A DNA stretch of 64,000 nt. Source: Nitrosarchaeum sp. Lineage in GTDB: Archaea > Thermoproteota > Nitrososphaeria > Nitrososphaerales > Nitrosopumilaceae. Each line of letters begins with the position of its first letter. Position 1 is the first letter of the stretch. The stretch covers positions 448,001 through 512,000 of the forward strand of contig OZ245020.1 of the NCBI GenBank assembly GCA_965223865.1, written 5' to 3'. The position numbers and the translations under genes are program-made. Under the pieces are notes generated by a model that saw only the letters and a list, made by a program, of their open reading frames with translations, had not been told where the DNA came from and searched no databases. Below, one piece after another: positions 7,599 to 16,498 of this stretch.

Positions 7599-8891
7599 TC
7601 ATATTTGACTTGACCTGTTCTGGAGGGCTCGTATCTCTTGCGGTGATTCTATCTCTATTGCAACAGCATTTGCCACATCAAAACTCTCATTGTCCAGTAT
7701 TGGTATGGATATTGCATCTGGCTGCTCTATTATGATGTCTTGCTTTAGGACCTCAAAATAGTACGCATGGTCAAGATGGTGTCTTTTTGCCTCCTGAATG
7801 AGGAAAAATGACTCTATTCCCCCCTCACGTTGATTCTCAAGGACTGGATTGAACAGTTTTTCTAGATTGCCTGATAGGTTATGCTCTATTCGGGATGATG
7901 TTTCAGATGGACTAATTGATACTAATCCCATGTTTGCAAGATTTTGCAGTCGGATTTTGACATCAGCCTTGTTGACACCTGACATTCCTGCAATGTCAGA
8001 TAGACTTGGACGGTATGACTTGTTGTCTGTGTCCTGTCGGTTTTTGATTAGATTGTGCATTACTACGCATATTTTGTGATGTTTTGGTTTGTATTCTGCA
8101 AGACTAATAGATGTCATATTTAGAATCTTTTGACTCTTTTGGATGTCAGTTGGACCTGTTGGTTTTTGCCTTTGTTGTTCCTCTTTTATTTTTGCCCTAA
8201 TTGCGGTCTCTTGTGGTATTTGTATGTCCTCAGAAACAGAAGATGATGTCATTGTTTCTGTATTTTCATTGTTATCTATTTTCTCAAATAGCTTTTCTAT
8301 TCTGTCTACAAGTTCGTTGTTGTTTATACGACACATGTCAAGTGTTTCATTACAGTATCTGAATATTCGTGGAATATGCACATCTTCCATCTCCTTTTTT
8401 ACTGTTCTTTGCAGAAATTCACTTACCTTTTTATCCATTTTCAGAGTATCTGTAAATTTTGTCACCATGTCCTGAATAGAGTTTACATCTTGTCTGTGAT
8501 CTTCTCTCATTGATGTAGCTGTCTCTTTGATTGTAGTTACAGCCTGCTCTAGGTGTTCTGTAACTGAAGAAAGATTGTCTGAAAACAGCTCCTCTCCTCG
8601 TTTTGTTCCCCACGAAAATGTTTTCCACGATACTGCTCCGCATATGCCTGCTATTGCAACTGTTAGTACTGTATCTAGAGGCTGCATATCTACAATGACC
8701 TGTTGTACCAAAGGAGATATCACAATACCATTTACTACTGCGATTCCCAGTATTGTGAGAAATCGTACTGCATTCTCCTCAATTCTGATTCTCTGCATCA
8801 TTCCTGACTGGAGGGATCCTCCTATGGCAAATGGCAATCCAACCATACTGACAAGAGACACTATCAAAAGTATCATGTCCAATGGAGGCAT
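7599..8891 (-). CDS. membrane-anchored wHTH plus PD-(D/E)xK-like protein, apparently frameshifted near 7625
   Basis: 3 N-terminal TM helices, coiled coil, PSLSDIAGMSGVNKADV HTH, QPDAI...AIEIES motif; shifted frame continues to a stop at 7450; GGAGGTG SD upstream. Confidence 0.65.
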   Translation of the reverse strand: MPPLDMILLIVSLVSMVGLPFAIGGSLQSGMMQRIRIEENAVRFLTILGIAVVNGIVISPLVQQVIVDMQPLDTVLTVAIAGICGAVSWKTFSWGTKRGEELFSDNLSSVTEHLEQAVTTIKETATSMREDHRQDVNSIQDMVTKFTDTLKMDKKVSEFLQRTVKKEMEDVHIPRIFRYCNETLDMCRINNNELVDRIEKLFEKIDNNENTETMTSSSVSEDIQIPQETAIRAKIKEEQQRQKPTGPTDIQKSQKILNMTSISLAEYKPKHHKICVVMHNLIKNRQDTDNKSYRPSLSDIAGMSGVNKADVKIRLQNLANMGLVSISPSETSSRIEHNLSGNLEKLFNPVLENQREGGIESFFLIQEAKRHHLDHAYYFEVLKQDIIIEQPDAISIPILDNESFDVANAVAIEIESPQEIRALQNRSSQI

Positions 8892-9014
8892 TTTTACTGC
8901 TGCACCTCCTTCTGGTCATTCTTCTTCAGAGTTGTATTTTCTATTGTTTTTGTGTGATCTTTTTTCATGCAATATGATAAATGATTTGTATATAAGCGGA
9001 AAATTTTCCAATTT

Positions 9015-9407
9015 TTGCTTTTATACAAACCACAATACCATATTATGAAAGAAAATTGTTCAAATCAAAAGAAATCACATGCATTATTACTTGCAGAGCT
9101 AGATAGACTGCAAAAAATTACAGGCAATAACCAACAATCTGATCTAGTATGGTCTCCTCAAAGTGATTCGCAGATAGAGGGAAAAGTTGACGAAAACACG
9201 ATTACAATCTATTCTGAAAATATTGCAGATGCAATAGATACATTGCAACACGAGTTTGTTGACTATGTTATTAGTCAAGCAATCAAACCGTATATCAAAC
9301 TAGTAAATTTGTTGATGTCAATAATCACAAAAGATGCATATGAAACAAAAGAAGATGTAGTAGAATCATTGTTAAGATTAATGAATAATGATTCTACAAA
9401 AAATTAG
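9015..9407 (+). CDS. hypothetical protein with degenerate zincin-like motif (likely start ATG 9045)
   Basis: ITIYS...DTLQHEFVDY resembles HExxH with the second His replaced by Asp. Confidence 0.55.
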   Translation: MLLYKPQYHIMKENCSNQKKSHALLLAELDRLQKITGNNQQSDLVWSPQSDSQIEGKVDENTITIYSENIADAIDTLQHEFVDYVISQAIKPYIKLVNLLMSIITKDAYETKEDVVESLLRLMNNDSTKN

Positions 9408-9456
9408 TTGTTTCATTTTTGTTTTCTCACAATGACACGATTACGTGTTAATTCCT

Positions 9457-10863
9457 TTATCGGTTCCCACCCTTGACATATGTAATGTAATAATTGTTCA
9501 CATTTTTTATTATCTTTCCATCGTATTGTTTCTGTTGGATTTCGTTAGTAGATGTTACAGATGATGACATTGTCTTCATTATTTCTTGTCTTATTGCATC
9601 TGTTTCTTGTTCAATGTCAAAAATTATTTCGTTGTCTGTATCATTTGAATTATTAATTTTCTTTCTTTGTCTTTGTTTTTCAATCTTGATCTTTACAGGA
9701 TCAATTCCATATAACTTTGCTTGTTCTCTCCACATGTCAAGTAACATCTCTTTTTTGTTTTGAACAGAATTGCTGTTCTTACTATTTATGGTACACAGAA
9801 ACTGTTGGCTTTTAGAGTATGCACTTCTCATGTCTGAGATCATCTCATCAGTTAACCTTCCTTTGTTTGTAGTGTATCTTGCCTCAATGTCTCCCTTATG
9901 TCCCATAAAGAACTGTCTGTATGCATGAGTCATCTTTCCATGGCTTTCAGCTAATAGTAACTGAGTATCAAAGTATGCACGCAAGACATACGGTCTTGCT
10001 TTAGTTATGCTCCAGATTGCTTTTCTAATATCTGATGTAATTCGTGGTGTTGTGATTAATTCTGTAGATGATTTGAGAGTTTTACTTCCTCTTCTTGATT
10101 GATATCCTTGCTCCAAAGATATTACAGGTGAATTTTTGGTAAGGTTTTCGCCAGATGAGGTTCTTTTTCTCATATAGCCTAGAACATATTCGCATCCTTC
10201 TGCAGGCAAGAATGTAAAGTACTTATTTTTGGTCTTGCTTAGTGATGCTCTCACAGTAATCATTGCAGGTATTTGTGCAAAACTAACTGTTCTACCATCA
10301 TTTTCAATCACTAGATCATTCAAGTCAGCTAATTTGAGACCATCACTTGCGTCATAATTTCCCATTACTTGTGGTCTAATACCTGAAAATGCCATCAAAC
10401 TGATACTAGTTCTGGTTCTAGGATTTGCAACATTGAGGATCGACTGTAATTGTTCTTTGGTAGGTACCTGCTCGTCTTGTATGTTTACTGGTATTCCTGC
10501 ATTTGCAATTCTTATCTTTCTTTTTGGCTCTATGTAGTTGAAGACAAGCCATGATCTTATTGATTTGAGTATTCCATCGATATAGTTTGGTGCATAGTTT
10601 TGTGATTCAAGCCATGACACATGATCAAATAATATGTTCTCAAGCTTGATGATGTCTCTTTTTCCCATTTTTACAAGAAAAGATGGTGTAGTATTTGTCC
10701 TGTAACAAAATAGATTCAATCTGCGTAGTCTAATGTCTGCATTTAGCTTGCTACCTCTACTTGTGTTGTCATACCAGCGTTGTACATTTTTATCTTGCAG
10801 AAGAGCTTTTGTTGCAGATTTCTCCTTTGTTTTAGTAGACATTATTTTTCTCCACAATGTCAT
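9457..10863 (-). CDS. tyrosine recombinase / site-specific integrase
   Basis: SGIRP (R), SKTK (K), PYVLRAYF (xxLR), FMGHKG (H), ARYT (Y) catalytic set; adjacent to tRNA att site. Confidence 0.92.
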   Translation of the reverse strand: MTLWRKIMSTKTKEKSATKALLQDKNVQRWYDNTSRGSKLNADIRLRRLNLFCYRTNTTPSFLVKMGKRDIIKLENILFDHVSWLESQNYAPNYIDGILKSIRSWLVFNYIEPKRKIRIANAGIPVNIQDEQVPTKEQLQSILNVANPRTRTSISLMAFSGIRPQVMGNYDASDGLKLADLNDLVIENDGRTVSFAQIPAMITVRASLSKTKNKYFTFLPAEGCEYVLGYMRKRTSSGENLTKNSPVISLEQGYQSRRGSKTLKSSTELITTPRITSDIRKAIWSITKARPYVLRAYFDTQLLLAESHGKMTHAYRQFFMGHKGDIEARYTTNKGRLTDEMISDMRSAYSKSQQFLCTINSKNSNSVQNKKEMLLDMWREQAKLYGIDPVKIKIEKQRQRKKINNSNDTDNEIIFDIEQETDAIRQEIMKTMSSSVTSTNEIQQKQYDGKIIKNVNNYYITYVKGGNR

Positions 10864-10903
10864 ATTTGATTTGCTTAAAAGCAGGTCTCGGATCCTGGAG
10901 TAT

Positions 10904-10916
10904 ACGGGCTTGGAGG
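10904..10916 (-). repeat. att site within tRNA-Arg 3' end
   Basis: ACGGGCTTGGAGG identical to 3997-4009. Confidence 0.85.
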
Positions 10917-10998
10917 GCTTCGATCCCTCGACCTGTAACTTAGGAGGCTACCGCGCTATCCATGTTTCGCGTCAAAAATGACTCTGCGCCACAAGCCC
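10905..10998 (-). tRNA. tRNA-Arg(CCT) with ~19-nt D-loop intron (about 10965-10983)
   Basis: acceptor GGGCTTG/CAAGCCC; anticodon arm GTAGC-CTCCTAA-GTTAC; T arm GAGGG-ATCGAAG-CCCTC; insert AGTCATTTTTGACGCGAAA after position 15 forms a relaxed BHB. Confidence 0.9.
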
Positions 10999-11022
10999 AG
11001 AAAAAAAAATACTTGTAATTAT

Positions 11023-11730
11023 TTAAGCGTAATCAAGGTTGCTTTTGATCATTTCCTGAATTTCTTTCCAATCAGAATTGTCTTTTTGTTCCCATTTTTC
11101 AAAAAATACTACATCTTTAAGATCAAGTCTAGGAAGCCAACCTGCCTTTTCAAGATCTGGTTTTTCTGAAAACTCATCAACATATCCTAAACATAGATAT
11201 GCAATTGGAACAACATGTTCGGGTAGTTCTAAAACATCTCTAAGAATATCATTTGAAAGTATACTTACCCATCCAAGACCAACTCCTTCAGTTCTTGCTG
11301 CAAGCCATAAATTCTGAATTGCACAACAAACACTGTATAATCCAGCTTCTGGAATGCTAGATCTACCAATTACAAAAGGACCAAATTTTGATGGATCATA
11401 TGTTACACAAAGATTGACAGGTGATTCTAAAATTCCCTCAAGTTTGAAGGAAAGATATTTTGATCTTCTTGGTTCTTCGACTAGTTGTGAAGAACGGTTT
11501 TTTTCAATTTCAAAAGACTCTTTGATCTTCTTTTTTGTTAAATTATCTTTTATCAAAATGAAATTCCAAGGTTGAGAAAATCCTACTGAAGGTGCATGAT
11601 GCGCTGCATGTAGAATTTTTGATAAAATCTCATTTTCAATCGGTTTTGAAGTAAAATGGGATCTTACATCTCTTCGAGAATAAATAGCCCTGTAAAGACC
11701 TCTTTTTTCTTCTTCAGTGAATCCTGACAT
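11023..11730 (-). CDS. bluB: 5,6-dimethylbenzimidazole synthase
   Basis: RRDVR, APSVGFSQPW, LKLEGI and GWVSIL nitroreductase/BluB motifs. Confidence 0.93.
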   Translation of the reverse strand: MSGFTEEEKRGLYRAIYSRRDVRSHFTSKPIENEILSKILHAAHHAPSVGFSQPWNFILIKDNLTKKKIKESFEIEKNRSSQLVEEPRRSKYLSFKLEGILESPVNLCVTYDPSKFGPFVIGRSSIPEAGLYSVCCAIQNLWLAARTEGVGLGWVSILSNDILRDVLELPEHVVPIAYLCLGYVDEFSEKPDLEKAGWLPRLDLKDVVFFEKWEQKDNSDWKEIQEMIKSNLDYA

Positions 11731-11802
11731 TTCTTTAGCCTTTTCTCATTTCATGCTTTTGTTAAACGTTAATAATGTCAGTACCTAGTCTTGTACTTCA
11801 AT

Positions 11803-11876
11803 GGGCCGGTAGTCTAGCTGGTTAGGATACCGCCTCGACACGGCGGTGATCATGAGTTCGAATCTCATTCGGCCCA
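11803..11876 (+). tRNA. tRNA-Val(GAC)
   Basis: cloverleaf: GGGCCGG/TCGGCCC, CCGCC-TCGACAC-GGCGG, ATGAG-TTCGAAT-CTCAT; followed by T tract. Confidence 0.93.
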
Positions 11877-11881
11877 CTTTT

Positions 11882-12490
11882 TTAATTTAAACTAGTCTGA
11901 AATTCTTTTTCAATTACACTCCAAGAAGTTTCAGTTGTAATACTTCCTTCAGCCCTAAAACTAGATATCTCATCATTCAACACTGAATCATAAACCTGAG
12001 AATCTACCTTAGACTTTACAAGAACAAATGTATTTTTCAATGGAATCTCTGCTCCTGAATAAAACACTGCTCTACCTGGCATCGAAATATCTTCTGTAGA
12101 ATATTGTCCTGAACCTAACAATTGCCCATCAGCAAATAATTGATAACCAATTACTGGAACAGTAAATGTTTTCTCACTTGGATTCTTTACGAGAAATACA
12201 ACTTCTAACTTTGCAGTATTTTCAATTTTATTCACATCCTTTACTTTAACTTCTCCTAATTTAATTTCCACTTGTTCTAATTCGGTATTATCCAAACTTG
12301 CATAATATACAATTCCTCCCATCATTGCTAGTAGGCCTGCGATAGCGGCGTATACAATCATCTTACTTTGAAGTGCCAATTTACTGGTATCACATTCTGT
12401 ACAACTAAAAAAGGTTATCAAGATCCAAATACATAATATTTGATTTAAGAGCCGATATATTGTGTCACCATTAGAACAAGCAATTCTCAC
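11882..12490 (-). CDS. LEA-2/WHy domain membrane-anchored protein (true start likely near 12360-12380)
   Basis: TM helix then VKNPSEK..IGYQLFADGQLLGSG pattern; annotated 5' end overlaps the opposite gene. Confidence 0.75.
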   Translation of the reverse strand: MRIACSNGDTIYRLLNQILCIWILITFFSCTECDTSKLALQSKMIVYAAIAGLLAMMGGIVYYASLDNTELEQVEIKLGEVKVKDVNKIENTAKLEVVFLVKNPSEKTFTVPVIGYQLFADGQLLGSGQYSTEDISMPGRAVFYSGAEIPLKNTFVLVKSKVDSQVYDSVLNDEISSFRAEGSITTETSWSVIEKEFQTSLN

Positions 12491-12959
12491 TTGGATTCAT
12501 TTAATCTCGGCTGCAATATGGGTAGGTGGCTCATTATTCATTGGAATAGTTTTCTCGCCACTTCTTAAAACCATGTCAAATTCAATTGAGGATAGATTAC
12601 AAATTATGATTAGAGTTGGAAAAAGATTCAACAAAATTGCAGTGCCATCTTTGATAATTCTCATGGGAACTGGTTTGTATAATTCCCATATGCTTTTGAG
12701 TAAACCTGAATTGTTAATAGCTACAAGCTATGGTACCTATCTTATAATTAAGATAATTCTGGTTATTGCCTTAATCATTACATATACTGTGCATGTAAGA
12801 ATAATTCGAAAAGATGTTGAGGAAAAAATAATGTCAAAGCAAATGCCCAAGGAGCAGATTCAAAAATTAAGAAAAAAAATTATAATTTTAGGAGAAATCA
12901 CAGTAGTTATCTCTATAGCAATTCTATTTTTTGCATCTTTATTGGATGCTGGAGTTTGA
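12462..12959 (+). CDS. CopD/DUF4149-like membrane protein
   Basis: WIHLISAAIWVGG motif and 4 TM helices. Confidence 0.75.
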   Translation: MSPLEQAILTWIHLISAAIWVGGSLFIGIVFSPLLKTMSNSIEDRLQIMIRVGKRFNKIAVPSLIILMGTGLYNSHMLLSKPELLIATSYGTYLIIKIILVIALIITYTVHVRIIRKDVEEKIMSKQMPKEQIQKLRKKIIILGEITVVISIAILFFASLLDAGV

Positions 12960-13964
12960 AACTCCCTCTATTCTAACCTCATAACCATTTTGTAATTTAC
13001 CAATACCATATCTGCATCCTGTAATTTTTGAAGTAACAAACAGGTTTGTTTCTAAGTGTTTTGAAATCTTTGGTACTCTAACAATAGTCATGCCATTTGC
13101 TAAACTTGCAGGTAGAACTAACATATCTGCAAGATTTTCATCGACTCCTAAATCGTTTTCAATAATTTCTCTCAAATCTAAATTAAATTCATCACATTTT
13201 TTATCATACACACAATCAATGCCAATAATAGAATTCTTATCTATACTAGCAATTAGTAAAGAAGAGCCTGAATCAATGGCATCCTCCCTTTGAATTATAG
13301 ATTTTACAACAAAATCGTTTTCAATCAATTTTTCTTTTATCTTTTCAATCTTTTTAGTAATAATTTCTTTTTTCAATTTAGAAAATGAACAAAACAGTCT
13401 TACATTTTTGGTTTCTCTATTGATTAGAGATATTGGTTTGATTTTAGAAGGAAAAACTTTCAACATTATTTCTCCTCCACCCTTGGGATAGTAACCTCGT
13501 TTGATTAAATTTACTGAAAAATTTATTCCCAGTCTTGCATATGCTTCTTTTAAAACATGTTGAGTATAATCCATTGTTGGACTCCAAAGAACATCAGTCC
13601 CACCTTTGATGACTAGTTCAAGTTTTTTTTGACAAATTGCTGATGCGGGAATTATGACTTGAAGAATTAAAGAAATACTTCCAGCCGTTCCAACATCTTC
13701 TTTTGTACTGACATCTTTTACCTTACCAGGAACAAATTTTAAACATGTTGAACCAATTACTCCTCCTTCTACTGTAGCATTACAAATTTTTTCCAGAATT
13801 TTAATGGCTGTTATATGCTGACGTTTTAATCCGGGATTTTTTCTGTTTCTCCTAATATTTTCTATAATTATTGGTGTATTTGTTATACACGACAATGTAA
13901 TGGCAGTTCTGACTATTTGCCCACCCCCTTCTCCAAATCCACCATCAATTTTTACAAAATCCAT
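12939..13964 (-). CDS. rtcA: RNA 3'-terminal phosphate cyclase
   Basis: GEGGGQIVR, RKNPGLKRQH, GGTDV, GYYPKGGG, HLETN motifs. Confidence 0.93.
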   Translation of the reverse strand: MDFVKIDGGFGEGGGQIVRTAITLSCITNTPIIIENIRRNRKNPGLKRQHITAIKILEKICNATVEGGVIGSTCLKFVPGKVKDVSTKEDVGTAGSISLILQVIIPASAICQKKLELVIKGGTDVLWSPTMDYTQHVLKEAYARLGINFSVNLIKRGYYPKGGGEIMLKVFPSKIKPISLINRETKNVRLFCSFSKLKKEIITKKIEKIKEKLIENDFVVKSIIQREDAIDSGSSLLIASIDKNSIIGIDCVYDKKCDEFNLDLREIIENDLGVDENLADMLVLPASLANGMTIVRVPKISKHLETNLFVTSKITGCRYGIGKLQNGYEVRIEGVSNSSIQ

Positions 13965-14026
13965 AAACTAGATCTTAACAAACTCTTTATGATAGTTTTT
14001 TAAAAAGAAATTTTCCTACCTTTTCT

Positions 14027-14521
14027 ATGAATGGTCTGCTAATTGGAAGATTTCAACCATTTCATTTAGGTCACTTGGATGCATTACATTTTGCTTTATC
14101 TAAAGTTGAAAAACTGTGGGTAGGATTGGGAAGCTCAAATAAACCTCCTCAAAAAAACAATCCATTCTCTGCTGAAGAGCGAAAGGAGATGATTTTAGAT
14201 TCAGTTGATGATTCTGTTAAAAAAAGAATCGAGATCTATTTCATTCCTGATCTTGAAAATCATGTTAAATGGATTGAGTTGATAGGTACTATTGTTCCAA
14301 AATTTGATATAATTTTTACAAATGACGAATTAACCAAGCATCTTTATTCAAAAAGAAACGTCAAAGTTATTTCAATTCCTTTTACTAAAAGGGAAACGCT
14401 TTCGGGAACAAACATACGAGATTTAATAATCAGCGATCAAGAATGGGAAGATCTAGTACCTGAAGGAACAAGAAATTTTTTGAATAATATTTCTGTAAAA
14501 GATCGTCTTTCAATTCTTTAA
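14027..14521 (+). CDS. nadM: nicotinamide-nucleotide adenylyltransferase
   Basis: GRFQPFHLGH and SGTNIR motifs. Confidence 0.9.
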   Translation: MNGLLIGRFQPFHLGHLDALHFALSKVEKLWVGLGSSNKPPQKNNPFSAEERKEMILDSVDDSVKKRIEIYFIPDLENHVKWIELIGTIVPKFDIIFTNDELTKHLYSKRNVKVISIPFTKRETLSGTNIRDLIISDQEWEDLVPEGTRNFLNNISVKDRLSIL

Positions 14522-14563
14522 TTATAAATAAACCCCAAGAAGTACACAGTCAGGCGAAATTAT

Positions 14564-15709
14564 TTGGAATATTTAGTAATGTTACCAGGACCAACAAACG
14601 TTCCTGAAAGAGTAACTAGGGCAATGTATGTGCCTATGATTAATCATAGAAGTGATGATTTTGTTCAAGTCTACGAACCATGTGTTGAAAAAACAAAACA
14701 AGTCTTTCAAACAGAAGGAGATGCGGTATGTCTTTCAGCTTCTGGAACTGGTGCTGTAGAGGCAGGTGTTGTAAACTTGATTAAAAAAGGTGATAAAGTA
14801 ATAATTCCAGTAAATGGAGAATTTAGCACCCGACTTTCTCAAATGATAGAATGGGCAGGTGGTGAAACCATAAAAATTGAAACCCCTCCTGGTGAAAATG
14901 CTACCTTTGATCAGATAAAAGAAGCATTTGACAACAATAAAGATGTCAAGGCATTCTATTGTGTTTGGAATGAAACATCTACTGGAACAATGATAAATTA
15001 TCTTGATAGAATTAAAGATCTCACCTCTAGAAATGACTCTTACTATGTTGTTGATGGCGTATCAATCGTAGGTGGAGAAGAACTCCAAATGGACAAATGG
15101 GGAATCGACATTGCAATGACAGGTGCACAAAAAGCATTTGCATGCCCACCAGGAATATCTCCAATCTGTATTAATGCTAGAACCAAAAAGTACATGATAG
15201 ACAATCCACCAAATACAATGTACTTTAACCTTCCAAGATATTTCAAATATTATGAAGAAGCAAAACATACTCCTTTCACACCTGCACTTCCTTTACTTTA
15301 CGCATACCGAGAAGCAATGGATATTATTCTTGAAGAAGGACTAGATGCTAGAATTAAAAGACACAGAATTTGTTCTGAAGCTCTCTATTCAGGCCTAAGT
15401 GCAATTGGTCTTACTCCATTTGCAAAAGAAGACTCTCGTTCAACTGTTGTAATTGCATTGAACTATCTAGATGGATTAGAAGATAAAACATTCAGAACAA
15501 CACTCTCTGACAAATTTAGAGTACTAGTGGCTGGAGGATTTGGAAATCTAAAAGGCAAAGTGTTTAGAGTTGGATGTATGGGAGAAGTTAACAGATATCA
15601 TGTAATGAGAACAATTTCTTCAATATCATCGACATTAGCTATGATGGGATATCAAACAGATGCTCAAGCAGGTCTTAACACAGCAGAAGAAAAACTCAAA
15701 GCTCTCTAA
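14564..15709 (+). CDS. class V PLP aminotransferase (serine-pyruvate/alanine-glyoxylate type)
   Basis: MLPGPT, NETSTG, VDGVS, GAQKA motifs. Confidence 0.9.
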   Translation: MEYLVMLPGPTNVPERVTRAMYVPMINHRSDDFVQVYEPCVEKTKQVFQTEGDAVCLSASGTGAVEAGVVNLIKKGDKVIIPVNGEFSTRLSQMIEWAGGETIKIETPPGENATFDQIKEAFDNNKDVKAFYCVWNETSTGTMINYLDRIKDLTSRNDSYYVVDGVSIVGGEELQMDKWGIDIAMTGAQKAFACPPGISPICINARTKKYMIDNPPNTMYFNLPRYFKYYEEAKHTPFTPALPLLYAYREAMDIILEEGLDARIKRHRICSEALYSGLSAIGLTPFAKEDSRSTVVIALNYLDGLEDKTFRTTLSDKFRVLVAGGFGNLKGKVFRVGCMGEVNRYHVMRTISSISSTLAMMGYQTDAQAGLNTAEEKLKAL

Positions 15710-15750
15710 TTCATGTTAACTTAATATAAGGAAATTCGAGACCGATCACA

Positions 15751-16497
15751 TTGACTTTCGATAAAGGTTCATTGATACTTGTAGACTATACTGCTAAAGT
15801 AAAGGATACTGAAGAAATTTTTGATACCACTATCGAAGAAGAGGCAAAAACACATTCAATCCATGAATCAAATGTAAAGTATCAACCAAAACTTGTTTCA
15901 ATTGGTGAAGTTTCTTATCCTGTCCTCAAAGGACTTGATGAAGCACTAACAAAAACATCTGTTGGGGACAAACTTACTGTCGAAGTTACTCCGGACAAGG
16001 GATTTGGTGAAAGAGATTCAGGTAAAGTTAGAATGATTCCAATCAGAAAACTTGGTGAAGATGCAGAAAAAGTTTCCGTAGGTGACACAATAGAGATTGA
16101 CAACAAAAGAGGAATTGTAAGATTCATTGGTTCAGGAAGGGTTCAAATTGATTATAACCACAAGTATGCAGGAAAAACTATTCTTTATGATGTTAATGTA
16201 AAAAAATCCCTTGATTCTTCAAATGACAAGATAGAAGGAATTTTACAAAATAGATTACCCTTGGAAAACTCAAAAATAAATTTTGAATTAAAAAATAATG
16301 AAGTCAACATTACCATTCCAGAAGAAATTTTGAGAGCAGATGGATTACAAATTATGAAACACTTTATCCAATTAGATATCTTCAAGTTTGTCCCATCTTT
16401 AGAGAAAATCAATTTTGTAGAGACATACCTAAACAAACAAACTCAAAAGAAAACTGAAACTACAGAACAAAAAGCTCCTGAACCTAAAGCAGCATAA
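15751..16497 (+). CDS. FKBP-type peptidyl-prolyl isomerase (archaeal long type)
   Basis: FDTT, GLDEAL, GFGER, DYNHKYAGK motifs. Confidence 0.9.
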   Translation: MTFDKGSLILVDYTAKVKDTEEIFDTTIEEEAKTHSIHESNVKYQPKLVSIGEVSYPVLKGLDEALTKTSVGDKLTVEVTPDKGFGERDSGKVRMIPIRKLGEDAEKVSVGDTIEIDNKRGIVRFIGSGRVQIDYNHKYAGKTILYDVNVKKSLDSSNDKIEGILQNRLPLENSKINFELKNNEVNITIPEEILRADGLQIMKHFIQLDIFKFVPSLEKINFVETYLNKQTQKKTETTEQKAPEPKAA

Positions 16498-16498
16498 A

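Larger units (their letters stand above)
3997..10916. mobile_element. small integrative element (~6.9 kb) inserted at the 3' end of tRNA-Arg(CCT)
   Basis: 13-bp direct repeat ACGGGCTTGGAGG (tRNA 3' end) at both borders; tyrosine integrase directly downstream of the tRNA; accessory gene content. Confidence 0.85.

Noticed and set aside
8894-8968. 24-aa minus-strand ORF upstream of the 430-aa gene
   Set aside because: Could be a leader peptide carrying the SD, but too short and featureless to support
7849-9048. Plus-strand ORFs 7849..8079, 8143..8475 and 8527..9048
   Set aside because: Shadow frames of the 430-aa minus-strand gene
10733-11169. Plus-strand ORFs 10733..10981 and 10978..11169
   Set aside because: Antisense to integrase, tRNA-Arg and bluB; no protein-like features
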